DNA from: Octopus bimaculoides
Taxonomy: Eukaryota
Assembly: GCF_001194135.2 (NCBI RefSeq)
Contig: NC_069004.1
Span: 19,860,716-19,924,715 of the forward strand
DNA length: 64,000 nucleotides
Direction of reading: 5' to 3'
The translations under genes were made by a program, and so were the position numbers. Positions within the stretch are counted from its first letter, which is position 1. Each line of letters starts with the position of its first letter. Below are positions 25,291 to 37,659 of the stretch, piece after piece. The notes beneath the pieces are model-generated. The model saw only the letters and a program-made list of their open reading frames with translations. It ran no database searches and was not told the origin of the DNA.

Positions 25291-26139
25291 GAAATATTTA
25301 TAGACCATAAAAAGTGAGCAGGTGAATATATTTATTTAGCCACTCAATTGATAGCCATAAAATTATGGCTGTTTTGCAGCTTTCATCATGTAATAATAAT
25401 TTCAGTGTATAATAAATTATTTTACATGCCTGCACCAGTATGCATGCTACACATTGCACAGTACAATTGTACATTTACAGATCAATGCAGATATAGAAGG
25501 CTAGTTCTTCAGATCACCAGAACATGATGTATACTCTCTGCATATACATACAAAATTATCCATTATATATACAATGTATGGAAGACTAATAATTGATAAA
25601 ATTCAAATCTTATTGTCATTAAAGGATAAATGTAAATAATAATGACATTTGTATGTTATCAATTAAGATGCTGGATTAAGATCTTTAGGAACTTGACCAT
25701 CCTTAATGTAAACAAAAGACAGGAAGGGGATAGGAGACAAAGTAAAGTAGTTAGATTAAATAAAAAATATTTTGAGTGTTTGAAAATACATATAAACAAT
25801 AAAATAAAACATAATAGGGAACAGTCAGCTGGAGATATAAAAATTAAACTAAGGGATAGCTTTGAACAACAGTTGCTTTCAAATAGGGCAAAAAGGTCAA
25901 ATGGCATTCAAATGCATTGTGTCTCAATAAACAGAACTGAAGTCAACTGACCTAGCTAAGGAGCAAATACCTATAAGCATTAACATACTAAAATGACAAA
26001 AAAACCAACAAAATTCAAACTACACAACCACACACACACAGAGCAGTATATTCATGCTCTTATTAATATACATATATAGCACACAGAAACAAACAGCACA
26101 CACTCAAACATATGTATACATAAGTGATTACATGACCAA

Positions 26140-26385
26140 CTAGGCTATCAGATGTTATACATCGCTGATCACAATGCGTTTTTGCATTGTTTTAGCCTTC
26201 AAATAATGCCACCTGCTGGCTATGCAAGCAGGCCAACATTGCCCCCTGATCAGAAGGGGGAATGGAGCAATATGAAATGAAGTGTTTTGCTCAAGAGCAC
26301 AACATGCACCCAGTCTGGGAATCAAACCCACAATCTAGTGATCATGAGTGCAACAGCCTAACCACTACGCCACATGCCTTCACTG
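26140..26385 (-). mobile_element. tRNA-derived SINE (third family)
   Basis: Minus strand: ggcatgtggcgtagtggttagg..gggtttgattccc..tgtgctcttgagcaaaacacttcatttca. Confidence 0.7.
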
Positions 26386-26644
26386 TATAAACACAAAATG
26401 TATATACAGAAATACATATGCACAATATAAAAAAAATACTCATACAAAGGAATACATACATATATGTCTCTAATATATATGTCTCTTCTATATATATATA
26501 TTACATATGAATATGTAATATATATATTGCTAAATACATAACATAAAGGTACACAAAACACACTGGCTAACTATAAATATGCAGACACACCTATCTATTT
26601 AATGTACATATTAAATATACATTGATACACGTAAACAGATATGG

Positions 26645-26701
<57 letters not shown>

Positions 26702-26835
26702 NNNNNNNNNNNNNNNNNNNNNNNNNNNNNNNNNNNNNNNNNNNNNNNNNNNNNNNNNNNNNNNNNNNNNNNNNNNNNNNNNNNNNNNNNNNNNNNNNNN
26801 NNNNNNNNNNNNNNNNNNNNNNNNNNNNNNNNNNN
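26702..26835. other. Assembly gap (N run)
   Basis: 134 N, adjoining a (CA)n(TA)n repeat. Confidence 1.
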
Positions 26836-27180
26836 TGTGTGGTAAGTAGCTTACTTACCAACCACATGGTTCCGGGTTCAGTCCCACTGCATGGCACCTT
26901 GGGCAAGTGTCTTCTACTATAGCCTCGGGCCGACCAAAGCATTGTGAGTGGATTTGGTAGACGGAAACTGAAAGAAGCCTGTCGTATATATGTATATATA
27001 TATGTATGTGTGTGTATATGTTTGTGTGTTTATGTCTCCGTAACTTAGTAGTTCGGCAAAAGAGACTGATAGAATAAGTACTAGACTTCCAAAGAATAAG
27101 TCCTGGGGTCGATTTACTCGGCTAAAAGGTGGTGCCCCAGCATGGCTGCAGTCAAATGACTGAAACAAGTAAAAGAGATC
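26836..27180 (+). mobile_element. tRNA-derived SINE, same family as 24885-25290 (5' end in gap)
   Basis: Near-identical to the 24885 copy. Confidence 0.85.
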
Positions 27181-27261
27181 AATCGGAACATTTGTATGCA
27201 AATGCTTATATACATATCTTTTGTGCTAAGATATCTATGTACAACTAATAATATATACAAT

Positions 27262-27620
27262 TTATTTTGACTGTGGCCATGCTGGAGCACTGCCTTTAGC
27301 TGAACAAATCGACCCCAGGACTTATTCTTTGTAGGCCTAGTACTTATTTTATTGGTCTCTTTGGCCAAATTGCTAAGTTACGAGGATGTAAATGCACCAA
27401 CATCGGTTGTCAAGTAACGGTATGTGGATAAACACAGGCACACATATACATACATATATATATATATATATGACAGGCTTCTATCAGTTTCCGTCTACCA
27501 AATCCACTCACAAGCCTTTGGTCAGCCTGAGGCTATAGTAGAAGACACTTACCCAAAAGTGCCATGCAGTGGAACTGAACCCGGAACCATGTGGTTGAGA
27601 AGCAAGCTTCTTACTTCACT
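27262..27620 (-). mobile_element. tRNA-derived SINE, same family, inverted relative to 26836-27180
   Basis: Reverse complement of the same head and 3' half. Confidence 0.85.
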
Positions 27621-28199
27621 GGTTAATTGTACATATTAATTATGATAATTTTTCAATTATTATATAAGGTTAATTCCTATATAAGAGTTTAATATATTGA
27701 ATAAATATGTAATTAATTATTGCAACATAAAGTATCTAAGTTTCTGTTAAGCATTACGTAGAATTTCTATTTGTAGTTTTTATTCTTTAATTATCCATTA
27801 AGCATAACATAGAATTCTTGTCTGCAGTTTTTATTCTTTAGTTATCCAGTGATGTCATCAATGAATGTTTATAAAAATATTCATTCTTTTAGGTCATTTT
27901 TTTAAAGTTGTTTTTTTTAGATTGCTTTTCTATGAAGATTTCAAATTGTCAAAAAATATAGAATTAGTATGATATTTTTTATCTTTTATTCTTATAAAGT
28001 AAATTGGTTATTCAATGACATTGCTATTGGTTGAATGAATGAATGTTTTGAATTTGATTTAGGCATTCCTTTTTGTTAGCGTTTATTAACATCTAAAATA
28101 TTTTCAGATGATCAGTTGGAATTTCACCAATTTGGATTACCTTGATAATGTTGTGTTGACATATATTTTCAAAGATATTATTAATTTTAATAATATAGT

Positions 28200-28279
<80 letters not shown>

Positions 28280-28367
28280 NNNNNNNNNNNNNNNNNNNNN
28301 NNNNNNNNNNNNNNNNNNNNNNNNNNNNNNNNNNNNNNNNNNNNNNNNNNNNNNNNNNNNNNNNNNN
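28280..28367. other. Assembly gap (N run)
   Basis: 88 N within a TA/TG repeat. Confidence 1.
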
Positions 28368-28408
28368 TATATATATATATATATAGTATATTACATATAA
28401 TATCTTAC

Positions 28409-28614
28409 TTTATTAATATGTTGCTGATATTTTGTGATTTCATCCTGAAGTTGTCTTGCATTAACCGTTTCTTTTGGCGCTGATTGAGCACATATTTTCA
28501 TCTGCAGAATTTCTTGTTGTAATGAGGCCAAGTCTGCATTGCACTGTTTCCATTGACACCTTACATGTTTGTTGACCCTTTCTAATTTCTGTTGTAGCTG
28601 ACATGAGTTCTGTA
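28409..28614 (-). CDS. Unidentified coiled-coil protein, internal exon (xQNSCQLQQKLERVNKHVRCQWKQCNADLASLQQEILQMK...KYQQHINK)
   Basis: Acceptor tcttattttctgacag (an alternative AG lies 5 nt further on) and donor AAA|GTAAGA from 28408. 68 open codons of coiled-coil composition. Phase 0 exit joins the 21294 exon. Confidence 0.65.
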
Positions 28615-28899
28615 CTGTCAGAAAATAAGAAAGCAAGGAGTAAGCTGATAAAGGATATAGCAAAACAATAACTTATTTCATTTTTAAAAAATTTCTTTTC
28701 TTTTCTTCTCACAATTTATAAACAATTGCATCATTGGTTAGGATCAATCAGTGATTCACTGTAACAGTGTGAGGGACAGGGGAATACCTTACCCACCATA
28801 AAAATCTTGTCCATAAAGTACTATTTATACAGCTGTCCCATCACTGTTTATATCATGTATCAATATAAGTCTGAGTAAGATGCACACACAGAAAATGCA

Positions 28900-29845
28900 C
28901 GTATACATATAATCACATGAGGAGAGGTATGAAATAAGGGCTGATACAGATCTCTCTCCAAAGAGCATTGGTAAAATCTATCTATTAGAACAACAGAACA
29001 AAAAGATGGACCAATTCACTGAGAAGATAGCACATAGGTACTTGGCATGTAAGACGCAAACTACAGAAAGGATTGATCATGTCAAGAGCTTGGCATGGAG
29101 CACTGACAAGTTTATGGCATCCCACTTTGAAGGATCCACCCATACAATCCAAGAATAAGAGATCCCCACCAATACATACAGCATACAAAGGCAAAAAACA
29201 TTGACAGACAACAAATGTAGGCTTTGCAAGACTAAGACTGAAGACATCAACCACATTATTGCCAACTGTGAGAGAACATTTTCCAGATATTATCATTACC
29301 ATGAGGTATGATGCAGTGAGAAGAACAGTCTGGAACAGGATAGCAAAAACAAAAGAAGTACCTACAAATGAAGTGGACTATATTGAGACCAATGAGTCAA
29401 AAGAATATTGGTGGAACTTAAAAATGAAAACACCTACCAAGTTAAATGGTCAGATATTGCGTGGAACTGCAAAGAAAAGATATGTTCTGTTGTGGAAATC
29501 AGTTGCCCTCTGGACACAAATGTGGTTAGAAAAATACAAGAGAAAGAGGTCATTTATGGACCATTGGTAAGGAGTTCACAAATCCAGTATCCAAGACACA
29601 CTTTCAGCTTCATACCTATTATTATTGGAATAACAGGACACATACCAGCCTGTCTGGAGAAAAGTATAGCTGAACTTGGGATCTTGGGGAGAGAATGCAA
29701 ATCCTTAATTCATACTCCACAAATTATCATATCTGGGACTATAAAAATCTGCAAGAACTTCTTGAGATTTAAAGGATGATGGTTAAAATAAGATACTTTC
29801 CTTCACAACCTTGCTACTGAGTAGGTGACCTGAAAAATTTAGTCT
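28900..29845 (+). mobile_element. R4/Dong-like LINE (restriction-like endonuclease type), 5'-truncated copy
   Basis: KCRLCKTKTEDINHIIANC zinc finger, EYWWN, ..SDI..CKEKICSVVEISCPLDTN..EKEVIYGPL..FIPIIIGITG (PD..D/ExK RLE). The 3' UTR is shared with 33660-33745. Confidence 0.75.
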
Positions 29846-32506
29846 AAAATTAAAAGCAGGTAGGAAGGAAGGAAGGAAGGAGAGAGGGGGCAGGAAGGGA
29901 AGCAGGACCTGCCTGCCTATGCTGTATAAACAGAACACCAAGAACTTGTGGACATCTTACAAGTGATCTGGGATATGTTTCAACAGGTTCAGAACCTTAA
30001 TTTGAATGACAGGCCATACAACAGCAACATAAGTAGAGAATCCATTAGATTAAAGTTAGCAGTTTTAAACAAATTAGCAAACAAATATTTGATGACCATT
30101 CAGTCTAGAGGCATGAAAACAACCTATGAAACCATTAATCTTTTTGATGTCTCAAATATTACATTACTAGCATATGACAAAGAGCTGAAGCTATGCAATC
30201 AAAATTCAAGCAGAATCCTGAACTAACATGGGCACATAACTTAAAAAATATAATTCTATTTCTGTGAAAAAGTATCTCACAGATCATTGTAGTTAGGAAA
30301 TGTAACAAAGAGAACAACTTCACACATCAGGAAGACTTCCAAAAAAAGGCCAGAGAGGCAATTTGATGATACAAGATTCAAAAACCTAAACTCTGAAGTG
30401 CACCAGCTGAAACAACTCACAGCTATGGCTGAAAAACTAAAGTATAAATCTACAAAACATAAATGGTAAATGCTGAATAATTATTTGCTAGAGATCCCAA
30501 GTCAGTTTATTGCAGTTTCAATGCAAGAGGCTCAATCTCTGTGAAAGACACTCAACAAAAGATCAGATTGAGGGTTACTGGAGATCGGTATAGGAAACAA
30601 TTGATCAATTTAACAAACAAGTTGTATGGCTAAAAGAACTTGAGCAGGACTACTTCAGATATGTCCAGCAAAAGCAATATGAAATAGATGGTGAAATACT
30701 GGAAACGGTTCCACAGAAAATGTCAAACAGGAAATCTCCAGGCTCCATAACCTCATAACAGGCTACTAGCTGAAGAATTTCACCTTTTATAGGTGAGATC
30801 TTATACAGTTGTATGGAGAAAATATAAAGTGTATACAAAAATTGCCCCAATAGTTATCAACTGCAACTCTCTCCTCATCTTCAAGAATAGTCAAACTACC
30901 CTGCCAGAACATTATGTACAAATTATACACTGGGTGCCTCAATCTGTTCTTGCAGGATTATTGTTCTACCAACAACATTATTGCACCTGAGCAAGCTGGA
31001 AGAAAGAAGGAGGTGTGGGGCTATATATAGCAGCTACTAATTAACAAAGAGATTTAGGAAAAAATTGCAGGAACTTAACTGTAGCATGGCTGGACTAACA
31101 GAAGGCTTTTAATACTATCCCACATAGTTGGATTATCAGGACCTTACAGTTAGCCAAAGTCCCTCAACCATTAGTGAGTGATATTGAATGCCTTACCAAG
31201 ACTTAGTACTCCACTTTGCTCCTTAGAAATGGTAAGGAGCAAATTGAGTCAGATAACATTCACTACCAAAATGGTATCTTTCAGAGTGATAACCTGTCAG
31301 TGTTGCTCTTTGTCCTCTCATTAAAATCCACTATCATACTTCTCAGAAAATATAGTGGCCATAGAAAGTATCTTACATCTTTTCTTTGTCAACAACCTGA
31401 AACTGTATATCCAAATATCAACAATATAAAAAAAACAACAGGACCTCATCACCCAATTTTTCCACAGATATTAGAATGAAATTTAGTGAGTCTAAATGTA
31501 CATTTTTGACAATGAAATGTAGAAATGTTGCACCCTCCTCTGAAAACCTAAAAATGACAATACAATCTCTACAGTCAGGTGATAACTATAGATATCTTGG
31601 ACAAGATGAGAATATCAGATATGATGGATCCATAAATAAGGAGAGGACCAGGAATGAATACCTCAGGAGAGTAAAGGGAATATGATCATCAGAACTCTCA
31701 GCTTACAACAAGCACATTGCCCTCAACACCTTTGCAATACCTCACCTCATGCCTATGAACTAATTACAGCAAAAACTCAATGAGATACATGTTTGAACTC
31801 GCAAGCTGCTCAGTATTACTGGAAACTTCAATATCAATGGAAATGTAGACAGGCTATATTGCCCATGCAAGGATGGTGGTCATGGCCTCAAATCTGTATT
31901 GATGTCTATGAAGCACATATTGTGACACTGAAACAACATTTGCAGCAGAGGAAAGAGACTAGTAATTATCTTGCTACCATAAAATCAATAATATAACTAG
32001 GATAGCTAATGAACTTGAGGAGAGGTTTGAAATAAGAGCTGATACAGATCTCTCCCCAAGGAGCATTGGTAAAATCTATTTGTCAGAACAAAAAAAAAAA
32101 ATTATCAGTTTACATGGGTACTTGGCATGTAAGCACTATCAAGTTTATGACCCCACTTCAAAAGCTGCCTCCATGCAATTCAAGAACAAGAGATCCCCAA
32201 GTACCTGCAGCATAAAAACCAGAAAACGTTAAGAGACAACAAATGTAGGCTTTGCATACCAAGACTGAAGATATTAACCACATTATTGCCAACTGTGAGA
32301 GAATGTCTTTCAGATATTATCCCACCATGAGGCATGATGTGACCAGAATGATTTGGAACAGAACAACAAAAAGGAAAACACCACCAGATGAAGTTGACTA
32401 TATTGAGACCAATGGGCCAAAAGAATATTGGTGGAGCTTAAAAATTAAAACAGCTACCAAGTTAAAACACAACTGGCCAGATATTGTTGTGTGGGATCAC
32501 AAGGAG

Positions 32507-32869
32507 TAGATGACAATGGACTGAGATGTCTAGCAATATGAGGTTCTTGAGAAGACCTTCCCACATCAGTGAAACTGAGTTCTAGAAACACTGTGTTCCA
32601 CCCACATGTTACAATAAAACTTTTCCCACACTCTACCACAACAAACCAAACTACATCTCTTCTCTTCCTCACATTTCCTTTTTAACATGCACAATGCTTA
32701 TCCTTATCTTCTCCACCATCTCTCTCCTGCTCTCTTTTGCACTCTCACTCTCTTGCACTCTCTCTCTCTCCCTCTGACAGGTTTACCATGTAAACCTGTT
32801 TCTGTCCTCATTCTTGATCACTCTCTCTCTCTCTCTCNNNNNNNNNNCTGTTTCTGTCCTCATTCTTGA

Positions 32870-32920
<51 letters not shown>

Positions 32921-33362
32921 AGGTAATCATGTATCTCCTCTACAGCATGACACCTGTTTCTGTCTTTCTATCACACTCTAATCTTTCATCATCTGATGCA
33001 AGATCACTTCTTCCAATGCCCCCTCCCCTCTCAAAGGATTATTGTCTTGCAAATTACTTGGTGACCCTGCCAGTGCTGGTGCCATATAAAAAGCATCCAG
33101 TCCATACTGTAAAGTGGTTGGCATTTGGAAGGGCATCCAGCTGTAAAAAAACCATGCCAAGACTAACTTCACCTCTGATGGTGCCACATAAAATGTACTC
33201 AGTCCACTCTATGGGGTGGTTGGTGTTAGGAAGGGCATCCAGCCATAAAAACCATGCCAAAACAGACACTGAAACCTGGTGCAGTCTTCTGCCTAGCCAG
33301 CTCTGGTCAAATTGTCCAGCCCATGCCAGCATGGAAAGCGGATGTTAAATGATGCTGATGAT
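32507..33362 (+). mobile_element. 5'-truncated RTE 3' end inserted in the R4-like RLE domain
   Basis: 12-bp TSD GATCACAAGGAG (32495-32506) / GATCACAAGAAG (33363-33374). The host frame VVWDHKE|KICSIMEISCP resumes after it. Ends in an (ATG)n tail. Confidence 0.8.
32838..32847. other. Assembly gap (N run)
   Basis: 10 N within a CT repeat; flanking sequence is duplicated on both sides. Confidence 1.
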
Positions 33363-33782
33363 GATCACAAGAAGATATGTTCTATTATGGAAATTAGTTG
33401 CCCTTTGGATACAAATATGGTTAGAAAAATACAAGAGAAAGAGGACATCTATAGACCATCAATAAGGAATTTGCAAATCCAGTACCCAAGATACACTCTC
33501 ATCTTCATACCTATTATTATTGGAATAACAGGATACATATCAACCTGTCTGGAGCAAAGTATGGCTGAACTTGGGATCTTGGAGAGAGAACGCAAATCCT
33601 TAATTCATGCTCTACAAATTATCATATTAGGAACTATAAAATGTGAAAGACCTTAAGATTTATAGGATGATGGTTAAAACAAGATACTTTCCTTCACAAC
33701 CTTGTTACTAAGTAGGTGGCCGGTCAAAATTTATTTTAAATTAATAAAGGGAGAGAGAACATACATATATACATTCATGTAT

Positions 33783-33832
<50 letters not shown>

Positions 33833-35614
33833 CAATGACACAAATTATCATCATCATTTAGCATCTATTTTTCATACTGACATTGGTTGGATGATTTGAC
33901 AGGATCTGGCAAGCTGCAAGATCACATTAAGCTCCAATGTCAGCTTTGGTATTTCTTATTTGGAAGTCCAGTGGTGATGGAAAGGTGGCAAAGTATGCAG
34001 ACCTGATGGGTTGGAAGCATATCGTCAGCGACCTGCATGCAGGCGGCCCATGCTAGATATAAAGTTGTCTTCTTGTCACTCAAGACAGTGATAGGATTCG
34101 GTTGCTGCATGGGTGTCTGAGCAACTCCATTTGGAGAGGGCACTGTTCACCCGGAGGCCGATGAGGTTCTAGAAAAGGTGAACCAAAAACTGCCTGTCTT
34201 TCTATATCTGGTTAGTTTAGTGCAACTAACAGATGCCCACCCTGCGCTTGAAAAACAAAGAGACATTTTTTTTACAAAATCTGGATGGAACTTGAACATA
34301 TCATGCTGGAATGTGCACACTCTGTTGGATAACAAGAGTGATTGTACGCCTCAAAGACACACTGCTCGCAAGCCGAACCTTTCAGAGACTCGTATAGGTG
34401 ATGGTCAGCTTGAGGAAGTAGAAGGCGGATACACATTTTTTCGGAAGAGGAGACTGAAGGAGGAGTGCAGAGAAGTTGGCGTTGGCTTTGTAGTTCGATC
34501 TGATAGCCTTAAGAAGTTGGAGGAGCTTCCTGTTCCTATAAATTAACATCTAGTGACTCTATGATTGCACCTGAAAGGTAGACAGTTTGCTACTCTAATA
34601 AGTGCCTATGCACCTTTAACTAGTTGTGATGAAGATAAAACTATTTTTTTAAACCCAGCTGAGAGCCATACTTAGGAAAATCCCCAATTCTGATGAAGTC
34701 ATTTTACTGGGGGATGTCAATGCCAGGGTTGGGACAAACTGGAAAACATGGAACTCTCTAGGACGTTTTGGTGTAGGGAAAATGAATAGCAATGGTCTCA
34801 TGCTGCTGGATCTTTGCGATGAACATGGTGTTTACATCGAAAGCACTCATTTTATGCACAAAGGTGACCACACAACAATGTGGATGCATCCAAGATCTAA
34901 AGATTATGTCATCATCCGCAAACATCACATCTATGACATTTATAGTGTCAAGTCCTTTCACACTCTAGTGCTAGCAAAGTTCTGGATAATGATTAGAGTG
35001 AAAGAGAGAAGAGGGCTAGCTGGCATTCCTTGGCATCTGAATGTCCACAAGATATATGATGCTGTGTTGAGGAAAGCGCTTCAGACTCGCTTGTCCAGCA
35101 TTGAAAATACTACAATATAGGAAGATTTTTGAGACCAGGTTCTTAAATGTGCTGCTGAAACCCTGGGATATGCTACTGCCAGACACAGAAACTGGTTTGA
35201 TGAAAATGATGCTGAAGTTCAGTGACTATTGGTTGTAAAGCCCACAATGTATTGCTGCACAGAGGACTTTCAGCTGTGCAACAAAATCTAGCACTATAGT
35301 AGTGTAAAATCACTACTGCAGCAATCTCTCAGGAAAATGCAGAACATTTGGTGGGAGGATGTTGCTCGTGATGTTCAGGTTGCTGCTGATGCAAATGACA
35401 GCAAGAAGCTTTACCATCTTATGAAGCAAGTTTATGGGCCTAAGAGCTCTGCATCAGCTCCTTTGCATTCCAAGGAGTCTTCTACTCTATTTATTAAATC
35501 AATAGAAATTACAGGTCTCTGAACTCCTGAACCATGAGTCAGTTGTGGATGAAATAGTGATTGATACTATACAACAAAGACTTATCATTGGCTCCTTAAA
35601 TTCCATGCCATCAA

Positions 35615-35837
35615 TAGACAGCAATAAGTATTTACATTATTTGCATTATTTACATTATTTACATTCAACAGATATTTGTCCTCATCTTGTATGCTGTTAA
35701 CACTTCTTCAGGTGTCTTGGGGAAATTTCGAACCTGGGTTCTCATTCCTAGGGTATATTTTTCGATGTTATTATTGTTACTATTATTATTATTATTCTTG
35801 TTCAGGTCACTGCTTGGAATCGAACTCGGAATCTTGG
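35615..35837 (-). mobile_element. 5'-truncated SINE with two B-box-like motifs and a (TGTAAATAA)n tail
   Basis: Minus strand has GAGTTCGATTCC (35827-35816) and GGTTCGAAAT (about 35734-35725), an internal (AAT)n, and tail repeats at 35631-35675. Confidence 0.6.
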
Positions 35838-36530
35838 GATGGGATGGAGGCTTGGGTCAATGTTGGTGGTGGCATGGCAGGACCCATTCCTGTAGAGAAT
35901 GGTGTCAAGCAGGGTGACATGCTTGCCCCAAATCTCTTTTCTTTGTACTTTGCTGCTGCTTTTACTCATGCTTTTGCTAAGGTTAGCTCTCTGGGAATAT
36001 ATGTCAGGTATCAATCTTCTGGCCACCTCTTTAATCTGCACCAATTTGCTGCCAAATCAAAAGTTTTCCAGTCTATTATTCGTGACCTCCTTTATGCAGA
36101 TGACTGTGACTTAGTCACTCATACAGTGGATGACATGCAAATACTTATGGATTGTATTTCTGCTTCTTATAAGGCATTTGGACTCAGCATTAGCCTGGAC
36201 AAGACTGTTGTAATGTTCCAGCCTGCATCAGGAAATCCATATGTGAAACCAGCCATCTTGGTTGAAGTAACAATTCTGAAGGTAGTAGACAAGTTTGTCT
36301 ACCTGGGCAGCACACTCAGCCGTTCTTGCTCCCTGGATGAGGAAATATCTTTCAGGTTGCAGAGAGCAACTAATTCCTTCCGGTCTCTTCAGTCTCGTGT
36401 CTGGTCCCAGCATGGCATCACAAGGCAAACAAAAATTGCTGTGTACCGTGCATGTGTACTGACATCGGTCCTTTACTCTTGTGAGACATGGACCCTTTAC
36501 AAACGTCATGTAAAGGTCTTTAAATACTTT

Positions 36531-37614
36531 TGTAGGATACGACCGTGCAAACCAAAGGAAATGGCGATGAACGGGAGAGACTCCTTTAAACGCGTTGCAC
36601 GGTCGAACACAAAACATGTAATATAACATATGAAGGGCTCACATATGTGAGATGCGAGCAAGTGCCAGTAAAGGAAAGAGAGAGTGACAGAGATAACCAT
36701 TAGATATATATAGAGAGTAGGTTTATTAGCATAGTGAACAGTGTGTCTGTGTGTGTGCATGTATGCGGCAATATAAACAATACAATGTGTAAGACAGACC
36801 GTCGTATAAAGAATATGTATACAACAATGTGTGTGTGTGAGAATACAAGTAACACAATACATAAGACAGGCCTTCGTGTACAAGAGTGTGTATACAACAA
36901 TATGTGTGTGCGTGTGACTGAGAAATACAGAGTATAGAATAAGTGTCTGTAACAATGACTATAAGAGTCCTAAACACAAGATAGAGAAATACCAGTTCAT
37001 AGAAGAGTTACACATGGGATTGAATGTCTGTACAAGAAGTTGTAGCCGAAGAGCAGAGCTGTGGTGTCACATGTTGTGTGTGAAGTTGAGCGTTGATGCT
37101 GTGACCGGTTACTTGGTACAGAAGATTCTTGCAGGTCGTTCTGGCTGTTAACTCGAGGTGGAAACAATCCACTCAAACAGTGTTGAGATGAAACCGCATT
37201 TGCTGTTGTTGGTGTGTACTCTAGTGGTGGTGTTGCTGGCGACGACATTGTGGTAGACAGTAGATCGGTGGTGGTGTTGGCGTCGTCGCTGGAAACTGGC
37301 TGGAGCTGTGTTCTGGTCTGCGACAAGACCTGTGAGAGGTCTGTTGTCGAGACAAACTAGCGTGGATCAAACAGGCTTATTTATAGATGAAAAAGGACTC
37401 ACCGGAAAAGCAGAAAAACTCTCTCTCATGCGACCTTATTGGAAGGCCACGATTGGACGGTATGCACCCTGGCGCGAAACAGAACTGTTGTCAAATGCCG
37501 CGCAAATAAGAACCCATCAGGGTGATGGACACAAGGGTCCAAGCATCCGAAAGCTGATGTTAGCCGCCACGTTATCATTTGTAATTAAATACTGGAGAGA
37601 GAGGTTTCACTACA
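36531..37614 (-). mobile_element. Solo LTR (probably Gypsy-type), 1084 bp
   Basis: Termini TGTAG...CTACA (5-bp inverted) and 4-bp TSD CTTT at 36527-36530 and 37615-37618. Minus-strand TATAAATA at 37385-37378 and AATAAA at 36727-36722. Confidence 0.85.
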
Positions 37615-37659
37615 CTTTCACCAGAGTTGTCTGAGACACATTCTGAATGTTAGCTGGGC

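Larger units (their letters stand above)
29950..33745 (+). mobile_element. R4/Dong-like LINE, long degraded copy with nested RTE insertion
   Basis: RT motifs AWLD.QKAFNTIPHSWII, GIFQSDNLSVLLF, YRYLGQDENIRYDGSINKE..NEYLRRVKGI, followed by the same zinc finger/RLE region as 28900-29845. Confidence 0.75.
34020..37655 (+). mobile_element. RTE/BovB-like LINE, degraded, interrupted by a SINE and a solo LTR
   Basis: CWNVHTLLDN, LSETR, ILLGDVNARVG, MWMHPRSK, ENGVKQGDMLAPNLFSLYF, LLYADDCDL, FVYLGSTLS, LYSCETWTLY..FHQSCLRHILNVSW. Confidence 0.9.

Noticed and set aside
32796-32900. Tandem duplication of ctgtttctgtcctcattcttgatcactctc
   Set aside because: The two copies flank a 10-N gap, typical of an unmerged contig overlap.
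35676-36626. 316-aa ORF as a host gene
   Set aside because: A chance fusion of antisense SINE sequence, RTE reverse transcriptase and the first bases of the LTR.
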